Below are positions 27,861-41,695 of a stretch of 64,000 bases of DNA, one piece after another. The stretch is from Octopus sinensis (lineage: Eukaryota). The position numbers and the translations under genes were made by a program. The notes beneath the pieces were generated by a model. The model did no database searches and was not told the origin of the DNA. It saw only the letters and a list, made by a program, of their open reading frames with translations. Within the stretch, counting starts at the first letter, position 1. Each line of letters opens with the position of its first letter. The DNA lies in NCBI RefSeq assembly GCF_006345805.1, contig NC_043007.1:30070001-30134000 (forward strand), read 5' to 3'.

Positions 27861-29228
27861 CGACAGCCCCGCAAAAAAAAAAAAAGAAAATTTCGGGCAT
27901 ATTCTTTGAAATTTCGATTCAAAGTCAGCAATTTAGGGGAAAAAATTTAGTCGATTTGTCAATTCTAGACACTTTTTTGCATGTAACCAATGAGGATGGA
28001 GAGCAAAGATGACGTTGGTGGGTCCGGCCAGTCCAACGCTCTTTTTTTGTTTTTACAGTAAAAAAACAAAAAAACAAAAAAGCCCGATCTGTAAATAAGT
28101 GATGCAAGGGAGATAATTCGTGCTTTTCATTAGAGAGTTATTTCCCTGGAAAATATTTTCGTTAAATTTAGTTTTGTAAAGTGTTTTCGCAGATGACTTA
28201 TGGCAATGAAACGTACAATCGTTTATTCAGGAATGTTGTACCTTGGATTGCTTTATAAATGTGTCCGTTTTTGTTTAAACATTGTAGGGTATATTCTGAG
28301 GATGTGGCTGCTATTTTTTTACACTCCGAATGACCGCTAAAGTCCACTGTATTTCTTTGGGATAGCAGTTTAGCCGTTGTTCAGCCTTACTTGAGGGATT
28401 TTATAAACGAAAATGTTTTACCCCCGACCGTTGGCCTATCTCTATATAAATAGTTGTTGAAGTGTATTTAGAGATGAGGATAGCAGAAGTCAGGCTAGCT
28501 ATCAATAATTCTGCTTTTTTTTTCTCCCTTTTATTATAGAGTATGGTGTTGTGGTTGTTATTGTTGTGATAATGGTGGTAGCGAATGATGTAACTCCAGC
28601 TTTATCAAGTCTCTTAAAAGTATGAACATGATTGTATAATCTGTGTTTAAATATATCACCGGTTGCGCATTGGTTCGCACATTTCATCTATATACAATAT
28701 TTTGGGTGAGGCATAAGCTATTAAGATGGCATCGAAGTTTATTTCTACACTTACATAACTCGGATCGTGGATGGATATTAATATTACAGGTATCGCTTCA
28801 GGCACAACTATACTGGAGTCTACCATTATTCTAATTAATGTGGATGTCTCTACAGTTATTGCTAGTACAAGTGCTGCCACCTAGACTACTGGTACTATTA
28901 AGCACACTTAAATGGTAGTTAAGGGATGTACCAGCCGATGTATGTATGTATGAATATATATCTGTGTGTTTTTGTGTCTGTGTTAGACCCGTCCACTACC
29001 AACCACTTGACAACCGGTGTCGGTTTGTTTACACCTCCGTAACTAAGCTGTTCGGTAAAAAGCCGATCGAATAAGTACCAGACTTGAAACAGTATGTTGT
29101 GGGGCCGATTCATTCGACTAAAATCTTTCAATGTGAGGACGAAACATGGTTGCGGTCCTTTGACTGAAACAATTCAGAGACAAAAGGTAAGGGGAATCTC
29201 TCTCTCTCTCTTTCCATACGCGCGCGCG

Positions 29229-29263
<35 letters not shown>

Positions 29264-29713
29264 CTAGCTCTGACGATGCTCTAGTGTGATGTACAAACAT
29301 GGTTAGAAGCAGCTGTAAGCTAATGAAGTCCACTACACAATTTCTTATTCTTCTATCATTCTAATTTCTTATATATACACGTATCTGTGCGTGTGCGTGT
29401 GTGTTTGTGTGTTTGTGCTCTGTGTTGGTGTGCATGTACATGCGCAGACATATGTTTAAACTTATACATACAAAAGCACCCGCGCACACACGTGTATGTA
29501 TGTACGTATATATATATATCTGTATGCATGTATTTTTGTGTGTACGTATGTGTGTGTATATGTATGTTTGTATGTATGTGTGTGCCTGAATGTATGTATA
29601 TAAGTATGTATGTATTTATGTATATATGTATATATGTATGTATGCATGTGTAAGTGTGTAAGTGTATATATGTATGTAATGAGAGTTGGTCGTGTGCTGA
29701 TCCTTCTGCTATC

Positions 29714-29996
29714 CTCATGCTCACTAAAGTTCCAGAAAGCGTGGTGGTTTTAGGAGAGATTAGTAACGAAAGCCATGTCAAGCCACCTCCCATCTTTCCG
29801 CAGAGTCTTAGAATTAATACTGCTGGATATACTGAGGTGCTAAGCCCAGAAAGGATGAAGTACGCATTGGAAGGCAACACGGTCTTTCAGCAATGCTCAG
29901 CATTTCCTTACAAAACCCACGTAGCCCAAGAATGGGTGTCAGACAATTCTTACGATCACAGAACACCAAAACTGTGGCCTCGAAACTCGCCTGATT
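29714..29996 (+). mobile_element. Tc1/mariner-superfamily transposase catalytic-domain remnant
   Basis: TKVPESVVVLGEISNESHVKPP.IFPQSLRIN...VFQQCSA..YK...QEW...WPRNSPD resembles the ...FQQD.AP.H...WP..SPDLNP.D motifs. Confidence 0.75.
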
Positions 29997-30059
29997 AAAA
30001 TGCCACGCACTAACACGTTTGGAGAGTTATTGAAAGGGAGACTAATCGACAGCCTCACA

Positions 30060-30466
30060 GTACCTATTTCTTTACTACTCACAAGGACAAACAAGGACAG
30101 ACAAACGAATGAAGTCGATTACATCGACCCAGTGCGTAACTGGTACTTATTTAATCGACCCCGAAAGGATGAAAGGCAAAGTCGACCTCGGTGGAATTTG
30201 AACTCAGAACGTAACGGCAGACGAAATACCTATTTCTTTACTGCCCACAAGGGGCTAAACACAGAGAGGACAAACAAGAACAGACAAACGGATTAAGTCG
30301 ATTATATCGATCCCAGTGCGTAACTGGTACTTAATTTATTGACCCCGAAAGGATGAAAGGCCAAGTCGACCTCGGCGAAATTTGTACTGAGAACGTAGCG
30401 GCAGACGAAATACGGCTACGCATTTCGCCCGGCGTGCTAACAACGTCTCTGTCAGCTCACCGCCTT
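30060..30466 (-). mobile_element. Family A SINE head-to-tail dimer (184-bp period)
   Basis: cgacctcgg at 30183 and 30367. Confidence 0.8.
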
Positions 30467-31508
30467 CAGCCTCACAATACCATAGCTTCACCGAAGGCCT
30501 TCATTGCCCTGGTGATGTCCGAGATAAATTAAGATCATTTAACACAGGCATGTCAAACATTCCTATCCCGCATTGAAGTAGACATCGAAGCCGAAGGCGG
30601 ATTCACGGAATAATCTTATAAGAAAGGTTGTCGTGAATACATGCACAAACTTTATTTAAACCTACATTTCATTTTTGGTAGATTAGAGCCATTTTATTAA
30701 ATTATCAAGCATGTCCTCAAATACATATCGCTTGCTCCGTGCATGCGCGCGCGTCTCATACTAGTTCGGAAATGGAACAGACTGCGCTAAGCAAAACGGC
30801 CAAACCGAAGCGGGAGATCATCCATTGCGCTGCCTCGTCTACCGAACCAAATTTAGAGAGTCCTATTTTCCCTTTAAGAGTCTTAATCCGACCATGAAAT
30901 CCTTCATGTTCTCAATTGTCTTCCTTTCTAAGTCACAGTTCCCTACAAATTATTGCAGTTTTCCTTTTCTGGTCGACAGGGAAATATTAATAAATTAAGA
31001 ATTTTGATACTCAGAATTCAATAAAAAACACGTCGACTAATGCACAAAACACACACACACACACCACACACACACACACACACACATACACACACACACA
31101 CATACACACACACACACGCACACACAAAGACGTATACCTATATAGAAATGTATATATATGTATGTGTGCATATATGTGTGATAATACACACACACACACA
31201 CACATATATATATGCATGTATATATATATATATATACAAGTATGTGTGTGTGTTTATATATAAAAGCATAGATTGTTTGATTCGCGTGTTTATAATGTTT
31301 GCGTAGATGTCTACCCGGCTGCATGTGCGTGCGAGTGTGCGGAGGCGCGTCTGATAAATTCCAAAACGTTATTTCTTACGTTGTGAAGTCGATGGAATTC
31401 TTAGGGATAGCTTGCTGGAATTTACTTTTGACGCGTTGGTGTATGTCGTGAACTTCAACGACACGACCTACTACCCTTTTTTAAACAAACCTGAGCTGAT
31501 GTATAAGC

Positions 31509-31591
<83 letters not shown>

Positions 31592-31670
31592 CACGCACAC
31601 ACACACATACACACGCACACACACCACACACACACATATACATACATACATACATACATACATACATACA

Positions 31671-31737
<67 letters not shown>

Positions 31738-31778
31738 ATACACACATGATGCTTGCAAGTGTGTGTGCGTGTATGTAA

Positions 31779-31813
<35 letters not shown>

Positions 31814-32056
31814 AACCGGGGTGGGGTGAGATGGGAATGTATATACGTACAGGTGCATATGTAAACGAAGAAGGAAGGCCCTTTAACATGTATTTTAAGG
31901 TGTGTGCATAATTGACCTTTTAAATTACAAACACAAGACTTTTCTTGCAAAAAATTACCTTAATTTGTTTGTCGCAGGACAATACCTGGATAACCTTTCA
32001 TAGGACTCCATCTTAAAGAATATAGACAAACATAGCGATGAGTGTGTATGTGTGTG

Positions 32057-32095
<39 letters not shown>

Positions 32096-32253
32096 ATGTG
32101 TTATTATGGTTTCACAGTGGTGTTGATTGAAATTAAATTAAAAATGTACTCAAAGCTGTTTGCAAAAATGGAATAACGTAACATTGCTAACTCTAAGTAA
32201 GAAGATACAGAGTTTTAAACGTGTGTGTGTGTATATCCGTATGTATATGTATG

Positions 32254-32288
<35 letters not shown>

Positions 32289-32449
32289 ATTAAAGAAATC
32301 CGTCCAGAAATTTAACCTCGGGTTCTCCCGTGTCTCACAACACGTAATTGTTTTAAGAACACTCCAAATCCTTCTGACCTGTTTCTCTTACGAACTAGTT
32401 TTTAACGGGTTACTAACTGACAATAAAATACGTAACCGAGAATCTTTTC

Positions 32450-32990
32450 TACTCTAGGCACAATACCCGAAATTTAAGTGGTACTTAATTTATCGACACC
32501 GAAAGGATGAAAGGCAAAGTCGACCTCGGCAGAATTTGAACTCAGAACGTAGGGGCAGACGAAATACCTATTTCTTTACTACCCACAAGGGGCTAAACAG
32601 AGCGGGGACAAACAAGGACAGACAAACGGATTAAGTCGATTGTATCGACCCCAGTGAGTAACTGGTACTTATCTAATCGACCACGAAATGATGAAAGGCA
32701 AAGTCGACCTCGGCAGAATTTGAACTCAGAACATAGCGGCAGACAAAATACCTATTTCTTTACTACCCACAAGGGGCTAAACACAGAGGGAACAAACAAG
32801 GACAGACATAGGTATTAAGTCGATTACATCGACCCCAGTGCGTAACTGGTATTTAATTTATCGACCCCGAAAGGATGAAAGGCAAAGTCGACCTCGGCGG
32901 AATTTGAACTCAGAACGTAGCGGCAGACAAAATACCGATAGGCATTTCGCCCGGCGCGCTAACGTTTCTGCCAGCTCCTCGCTGCCTTAA
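32450..32990 (-). mobile_element. Family A SINE trimer (184-bp period)
   Basis: cgacctcggc at 32521, 32705 and 32889. The full head is present only on the last unit. Confidence 0.85.
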
Positions 32991-33625
32991 CAATGACAGG
33001 AGCTGCAATAGATATGAAACCTCCTTCCAATCACACCCTCCCGGCTCATGATAGGAAGGACGAAGGGCGCACGATAATGTTAATGTATTAGTCATAGCGC
33101 TCAGTAAGAACGGGAAGGTCACGGCTAGAGCGTCGTTAATCAGGGATTCACTCAATCAAAGCTGACTTTGTGCTAATCAACGGTGACAATAACAGCGACA
33201 ACAACGACGACGACGACGTGAACATCAAGAACAACAGCAACAACAAGACCAAGTAAACTGAGTCAAGCACTGATCCTCCCTCCCTCCCTCCCCAGCATAC
33301 GACGAGGCAACCTTACTCTCGACGTCCTGATATCTGAACCTGACTGAGACGTGACTTTGGATGTAAGGAGGTTCTTACAGCCGAGATGATTATGGCGGCA
33401 TTGAGGACGGATATATTTTAATAAGGGGAGATGACACGTCTAACACCGTGTAAAAATATTAACTTGTCTTCTGGTGTTTAGTACAAGGTCACTTCTGTTC
33501 CAGCAGAGCAATGATCAAAGCTGTTCCAGCCATGACCCTGCTGCCTTTTTGTATATCTGGGGCTACATCTAATGTGTCCTTCAATCACACAGTCGGTTAA
33601 TGCAAAAGTGCTGTTGTTGTTTGTT

Positions 33626-33677
<52 letters not shown>

Positions 33678-34453
33678 CTTATCTTCTTTTGCCACCTCCC
33701 ACTTGGTAACTGTCTCTCACCGTAAACTCAGCCAAACATTAGTGAAATCAGCTTCAATCAACGGCGCTCCTTCCGTGATTACCCACTTTCCGTATGTAAA
33801 AACAACCCACAAAACTCTCTAAAACCCCCAAAAGAGTATTTCAATCCTTTAGGCCACTCCTGGAATATCTCATAAGTTGTTTGAGTCACTTTATGTTTTT
33901 GTTTTCCCTCGCTTGCAAGCATAAAGAAGAATACCACATCTTTACCCTAGGAACTTCCTCACTCTCGGACACTAATGAATGTTTCTTGCTCTCCAAGCTG
34001 ATTTCTCTCTCCTCAGCATATTTACAGTTTGGCAAACCCCGTTAATACAATTTATCCCAAATATCCCCTGTAGACGCCTAACCTGTTGGCTTGGGTGTTA
34101 CGGTCACGACCGCAAGGTAGTTTCTCCAATTCTTTGACCATGTGTGTTCTTGAATAATTCTTTTTCATTTCATGTTGTCCCTGTCCAGTCAGCTGTAAAT
34201 GAGTAACTCTGTCACAGACTGAATTCCCTTTCCAGGGCGAATATTGTGATTTCGGTCACTTGTACTCCCTGAAAACCAAGTATGGGAATCCTAGGATTCA
34301 AGACAGTACTTACCTATTCGTTTCTTCCTGTATAATAGGGGGGTGTTTTTGTTTGTTTAAAAATTCCCACCCTTGCTTAGTTGTTTTAAAATTTACCAGC
34401 GTTCGCGTTAAACCCCACCTATCTGTCTTCCTTTCTCCTGATTTTTACCTCTT

Positions 34454-34507
<54 letters not shown>

Positions 34508-34767
34508 TTTTTCTTTCTTTCTCTCTCTATCCCTAATGCCAATCTATTTAATCAAAACCATCAGATCATTCATTGATTTCTCTCATTGATGAAGGTTTAA
34601 ACCTGAAACGTTAAACTTCTGAACTTCCACTTGATACATTTGATAAACTAATTTCACTTTGAATTCCCCACCTATCTGTTTTGTTGGGAACAGCTGATAT
34701 CTAAGGAAACTGGTTGTAACCTGTATGAAGGGCATTGATTCCGAATGTAAAACATTCGTGCACAGCA

Positions 34768-34858
<91 letters not shown>

Positions 34859-34859
34859 A

Positions 34860-35055
34860 TTCTACTAAAGGCATAAAACCTGAAATTTTGTGGGAGGGGA
34901 CTAGTCGATTGCATCGACCTCAATTTTTCAGTGGAACTTAATTTATCGACCCCGAAAGGCAAAGTCGACCTCGGCAGAATTTGAGCTCAGAGCGTAACGA
35001 CGGGCGAAATACCGTTAAGTATTTTGCCAATCCCGCTAGCGATTCTGTTAGCTCA
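34860..35055 (-). mobile_element. Family A SINE
   Basis: Consensus blocks, adjacent to (TAA)n. Confidence 0.7.
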
Positions 35056-35064
35056 ACAAACTGG

Positions 35065-35270
35065 AGATGCTGGAAATAAAGAACGTTTGCTATGGCTGAT
35101 GGAGAGAAACCTGAAATGAGAGAACGAAGCACTAATTATAGCCGTTCAGAATGAAGACATTAGGACGAATCTGATAAAGACAAAAGATCGACAAAGCTCA
35201 GTCAGACAGCAAATGTAGATACTGCTGAGAATGAGACGAAAGTATCGATCGTATCTTGAGTGAAGGTTGG
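35065..35270 (+). mobile_element. Old, degenerate R4/Dong-type LINE fragment
   Basis: WLM..NLK*ENEALIIAVQNEDIRTN.IK parallels WL..G.LK.ETE.LI.AAQ.Q...TN. Confidence 0.5.
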
Positions 35271-35785
35271 TTAGATGAATTTCCTTTGATATGGCCATAA
35301 AGAAACCAGCTTAATGTCGAAGGTATGTCAAACTAAAGTACTTTCCAGATAAACGAAAGCGACCACTTTTATAAGAAGGTAAAATGGTAATTATCGATCA
35401 CCTAATATGGGAGCTCAAGATGCATTAATTTTTCAAATTCCAGATATACTCGGAGAGCAGTGTAGTGTTTCTTCAGTCTTTATACCTGAATGAAAAAGGT
35501 TGCTGGTTGTAAGTAGATTATTGGCATCGAGGTGTATAAAGCATTTGGTGCACCCTCCTGTTGTAATAGAGGACGTTTCCCTGTACTATGGTCTATTGAA
35601 TAATGGATTCTTGTCACAAATGGGACGTGAGGGCCTCGATAGCCGCGATGGTAAGTTTCCAGGCGAGATAATTCTGCCTGTCCAAAGTGGGAAAATTATC
35701 TCATCAAGGATACCATACAATGACTCACTCTCTTCAGCGCCAAGCTTTTTCGGCCATAAACTCGGGAGCTGAACTGCTGTCCACT

Positions 35786-35849
<64 letters not shown>

Positions 35850-36185
35850 AATATCATAAAATGCCAGTCATTGTAGGATATAATCCTTTACACGTTGGTG
35901 GTTGTTATTGTTGAGATCACAAGGGACCTTTGCCCCCCACCCAGACTGGCTCTCTCCTCTGCGTTCATTGCAATGAAGACATAACACCCGAGGAAAGCTC
36001 CCTGACAGGTGAAGTGGAAAATGTCGCCGATATAGTTGGCGCCCTTCGTGGCAATGATTTCCCTGTTTTATTCATTAGGTGTTCATGACACTAGTTAGTC
36101 ATACGTACATACATACATGTATGTATGTATGTATGTATGTATGTATGTATGTATGTATGTATGTATGTATGTATATGTATGTATG

Positions 36186-36217
<32 letters not shown>

Positions 36218-36356
36218 TGTATGTATGTATGAATGTATGTATGTATGTATGTATGTATGTATGCATGTATTGTCATGCATATAGTTGCGTATTTAGACAT
36301 GCTCATATATATTTAAATGATAATATATATGTATATTTGCATGTATTATATGCATA

Positions 36357-36423
<67 letters not shown>

Positions 36424-36643
36424 GTATAATATAATATAAAAAGAGAGAAGTGAGAAGGGGGGAAGAGAGAGATACATTCAGATACTTAGAAATATATGTA
36501 TATATATATATATATATACGCAGACACAAATATACATACATATACATTTACGCACGCGTACACATGCACACACACATACACAAACACACACACACACACA
36601 CGATACAGAACGGTCAATGTCAACAATTTTTCCTTTCTTTTAA

Positions 36644-36681
36644 CCAATGGCCTTTAACGCCGCTTTAGACTTTAAACCAAT
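36644..36681 (+). promoter_or_regulatory. Tandem CCAAT boxes upstream of the candidate first coding exon
   Basis: CCAAT at 36644 and 36677 (33-bp spacing), 130-170 nt before ATG 36811. Confidence 0.35.
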
Positions 36682-36810
36682 GAAATTTCAAGAACCAAAA
36701 CTTGCAGACGACTTCTCTTTTCTAATCAAACTTCGCTGATATAGATGCAAATACACCTCACTGGAACATTTATCCACGAACTCGCCGTCTGGGAAGACTG
36801 AACTTACACA

Positions 36811-36856
36811 ATGAACGAGCAAAGATGGACCTACAAATTCATTTTCCGAGTATTTG
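36811..36856 (+). CDS. Tandem-PEBP gene, candidate coding exon 1 (MNEQRWTYKFIFRVF, signal peptide n/h region)
   Basis: acacaATG context (A at -3) and donor TTG|GTAAGA in phase 1. Joining to exon 2 gives MNEQRWTYKFIFRVFVFIIIMTATTTG, a plausible signal peptide. Confidence 0.55.
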
Positions 36857-37544
36857 GTAAGATAGATTTTAACTTTCAGATTTTTCTACATACAAGTTAT
36901 TATATGCAGTCTGTCATGATAGCCGGTGTTCATCTCCATACCTGTTGGTGTGTTTGTTTTTTTAATCCACCTGTCGGCATGGACATAACTACACGTTTTC
37001 GCCTCCCCATTCACTCACTCCTCCTTTCTCTCTCTCTATATATATATATTAGTGCGAATTTATATTTGTATAAATATCTAATATAGGTTAATACTTAACA
37101 CTCATACACATATACATACATGCATATGTACGTACGTATGTATGTATGTATGTATGTATGTATGTATGTATGTATGTATGTATGTATGTATGTATGCAGG
37201 TGGGTGGTGTATGTGTGTGTCAGTGTATATATATATCTATATACACACACAATGTAGTCATTTGCTGTCATCTTTGATGATATAAAAATATTTTTTTATG
37301 CAAGCATACACGTATGCGGGCATGTCTATGTTTGTGGTGACACACACACACACAAGCAGCATGCACACACACACAAGCAGCATGCACACACACACAAGCA
37401 GCATGCACACACACACGTGTGTATAAATATTTTCTATCCATTTTACTCTTCTTTCTGCATATGACTTGTGTCCCGTTTACAGAAGAGTAGATGCAACAAT
37501 TGTTGTACCGATGACATCTATTGAGGCAGAAACACGTACTCATC

Positions 37545-37745
37545 AAGGCGGCGAGCTGGCAGAAACGTTAGCACGCCGGGCGAAAGGCTTAGCGGTATTT
37601 CGTCTGCGGTTACGTTCTGAGTTCAAATTCCGCCGAGGTCGACTTTGCCTTTCATCCTTTCGGGGTCGATAAAATAAGTACCAGTGAAGCACTGGCGTCG
37701 ATCTAGTCGACTTACTCCTCCCCCGAACTTGCTGGCCTTGTGCCA
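37545..37745 (+). mobile_element. Family A SINE
   Basis: Well-preserved consensus copy. Confidence 0.8.
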
Positions 37746-38489
37746 AAATTCGAAATCATTATTATCATTCAATCAATGCATAAAATACGCTTCCTCAGGT
37801 GATTGTTCAAATAATTCCATTGAATTCTAGCACCATTTCATTCTGCCTGAGTGAAACAACGAAAGGCTCTAAGGAAGGACATATTTAAACAAACACCTGA
37901 GGTGGTGCGTTTTATACGTTGAGTGAAAGATAATGATTACACAACGTCTCACCAATAAACTGAAGGTGTAATAAAATGCCACAAAAATTGTAATAATTTA
38001 AAATAAAGAATGTCATTTATTCTATTTTCTGTCAGTGTCTATCCGTATTTATATAAGCTCTACGGAGGCTACGCAATTCTTGATGTTTATCCAGGAGCAA
38101 CAATAACTCTAGATGAACTTTACACTACAAACTTTTTTACTAAAATCTTATTTAACGAATACATACGTGCATACGTATGTAAATGCATGCATATACATAA
38201 GTATATACATATTATACATGTATGTATATATATATGTTTGTATATATGTATGTGTGTATATATATATATAGTAGGTGGAACAATTGCTGTATCGATGACA
38301 TTTATTGAGGCAGAAACACGTACTCATAACCATCGTCTTGTCTTCAGATAATCAGGCTGTCTTTTCCTTAATGGCGTATCAATTTTGGAGAATACTTGAT
38401 TTTAAAAAATATCATCTCTCCTCATCTGGAGTTCGTACTAATTGCCTCTAAGTGATTGGTCTGCTCAATCTAGAAGCGGAGGTGATATA

Positions 38490-38700
38490 TATTTCTTTAT
38501 TGCCCACACGGGGCTAAACACAGAGGGGACAAACAAAGGGATTAAGTCGATTACATTGACCTCAATGCGTAACTGGTATTTATTTAATCGACCCCGAAAG
38601 AATGAAAGGCAAAGTCGACCTCGGCTGAATATTTACTCAGAACAAAACAGCAGACGAAATACCGGTGAGCATTTTGCCCGCCGTACTAACAATTCTGCCA
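38490..38700 (-). mobile_element. Family A SINE
   Basis: Consensus blocks. Confidence 0.7.
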
Positions 38701-39065
38701 GGAGTAGCTATGTGGTAGGTAGCTTGCTTGCCAACCACACGGTTCTGGGTTCAGTTCTACCGCATGGCACCTTGATCAAGTGTTTTCTATTGTAGCCTCG
38801 GGCCGACCAAGGCCTTGTGAGTGGATTTGGTAGACGGAAGCTGAAGGAGGCCCGTCGTATGTGTGTGTGTGTATGACCACGTGTGTATCGTTGGCGATTT
38901 TCTTTCTCCGTCTTTCCTTCCTTTCTATGTTTTTGACGAAGAGCTCCGCTCGAAACGTTAAATCCCCCATCTTTCTTTCCTTTACTGTGCGTCCAATAAC
39001 ACTATATTTGATCCACGTCCTCGCGTTGTAGTGTTTTCTCTTTGTTCATGTTTGGATTAACTTAC

Positions 39066-39126
<61 letters not shown>

Positions 39127-39259
39127 ATATAATATATATATATATATATTATATATGTATATACATACATATATGTATGTGTGCATATATATATATGTAT
39201 ACACACACACATTCTTGTATAAGCATATATGTATGCGTCTATATATCTACATGTATAAG

Positions 39260-39301
<42 letters not shown>

Positions 39302-39481
39302 CGGGAAGGTTATATATATATATATTATATATATATACATACATATATATATATATATATACATACATACATAAATATATATATATATAGATACATACAT
39401 ATATATTATATATATATTATATATATATACATACATATATATATACATACATACATTATATATATATATACATACATATAT

Positions 39482-39525
<44 letters not shown>

Positions 39526-39829
39526 CTATACTTATATATCTTTGCAAGATGTATATGTATATATATCCATATGTCTATATATGTATATGTATACCTACAC
39601 ATGCACACACGCACACACTCACACACACACACAAATACATGTACATATATGCATTTATGTATGTGTGTGCGAAGCAGGAGAAAAAGAGAATGAGAAAGCG
39701 TGAGTGGGAAGGGGGGAAGGAGGAAAGACAGAAAGAAAGAAAGAACCATTTGATGTGATTTAGTCGATATAAAGGGACTTACAACATTGTTTACACTGGG
39801 AAGAGGTACCGGAGTGTGATTGGACACAC

Positions 39830-39865
<36 letters not shown>

Positions 39866-40002
39866 ACACGTATGTGTGTATATGTATGTATATATGTGTC
39901 TATTTATACATCAATATTTATTTATGTATGTATGTATAAAAATATATATATATATGTATGTATATGTGGTGTATATACATACACACACACACAACACACA
40001 CA

Positions 40003-40057
<55 letters not shown>

Positions 40058-40372
40058 ATATATATATACATACGTATGTAATATATATAATATTATATAT
40101 ATATATATATATACATACGTATGTATATATATATGGCTGGTGTTACGTTTGTCAAGTGTCTTAATATGAAGCGGTCCATGGAAAGTGAATCAATGACATT
40201 GTGGAATCGTGGAAGAGTCAGGGCTTTGGATACACGCCTATGCACACACTTTCATACACATACACACGCAACCATTTCTACCTACCTACCTACCTACCTA
40301 CCTACTACCTACCTACCTATATAGCTACATACATATATATATATATATGTGTGCATGTGTGCGCGCGCGCAT

Positions 40373-40403
<31 letters not shown>

Positions 40404-40482
40404 AATGGCGGTGCCCCAGCATGGCCACAGCTCATAAGCTGAAACTGGAAAATCAAAATCAAAAATCAAAAATCTGTATATA

Positions 40483-40524
<42 letters not shown>

Positions 40525-40619
40525 TTGGATGTATATATATATATATATATGTAGGTCCCGGGTTGATCCGGGGTTAACCACAGTAAGTAAGGTACTCAAT
40601 ACATAGCAGAGTAAAATTA

Positions 40620-40759
40620 ATTTATTATATAGAAGGAGCTTCTACAGGACTAGTACTGTTCATTCAAGAGAAATCTTCAGGAAGCTTCAGGTGCTTCCTG
40701 AAGTTTTCTCTTGAATGAAACAGTACTAGTCCTGTAGAAGCTCCTTCTATATAATAAAT
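40620..40759. repeat. Palindrome (about 66-bp arms, 7-nt spacer) made of two inverted hammerhead-like units
   Basis: Left arm 40620-40685 is the reverse complement of 40693-40759, with one substitution and one indel. Confidence 0.85.
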
Positions 40760-41630
40760 ATATATATATATATATATATTTGTATATATGATATTGTATA
40801 CACAATATAATATATATTATATACAAAATACGAAAGTATGTATAGGTATGTATACATATGTATGTATCTATGCAAATGTATGTATGATGGTAATATTTGA
40901 TTGGGAAATCGAATCTGACGATGGCTTAACTGGCCGAAGCTTCGAAGTCGCTGCCAACAATATTCTTGTTTAACAATAAACTATACATACATACATACAT
41001 ACATACATGCATACATACATACATACACATACATACATACATACATACACATACATACATACATACATACATACATACGTACGTGCATACGTAAATATAT
41101 ACATACATATATACATACACACACAAATATATACATACACATACATATATATATGTATATATATATTATTTTTTTTATATATTTATGTATATATATATAT
41201 ATATATATGCACATATATACATACATCCATACAGATATACTTACACGCACACCTGCATACTCATACAAAAGCGCAACATATACACCCAGATGTGTGTAGA
41301 AGCTCCCATCTGCAATTTCAACCCAGAACCGCCCCCAGTCATTCAGTAACTAATCGTTATGACACCAGGGGGCGGCAGGAAGTTTGGACAAAGGGTAAAT
41401 ATTAAAGATATTTGCGGGGAAACTTCCAAAGAAGACTGCAGGGACTAAAGTGGATTAGGTGGAATTAGAACTCTAATCCTCTCGACTGAAAACCTTCCGT
41501 TGTTTAGGTGTGTTTGTTAACTCGATAGTGTTCGGCAATCAAAAGGCGATGAAGGAAACAGTGTTGAAATGTGTTTCAGGTGTGTTTACCGAAAGATAAG
41601 GCCATGACAGACGAGGGCGGGCGGGGTATT

Positions 41631-41695
<65 letters not shown>

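Noticed and set aside
28640-28880. Moderately complex ORFs on both strands
   Set aside because: No recognisable family and internal stops in the most protein-like frame; probably decayed repeat.
30060-32990. CRISPR-like regular repeats
   Set aside because: The units are contiguous SINE bodies without unique spacers, in a eukaryotic context with no cas genes.
34586-34612. Hammerhead-like TTGATGA-AGGT/ACCT-GAAACGTT
   Set aside because: C3 is mutated and there is no stem I pairing; a decayed relic.
40915-40943. Hammerhead-like CTGACGA-GGC/GCC-GAAGCTT
   Set aside because: GAAA is incomplete and there is no stem I; not supportable as functional.
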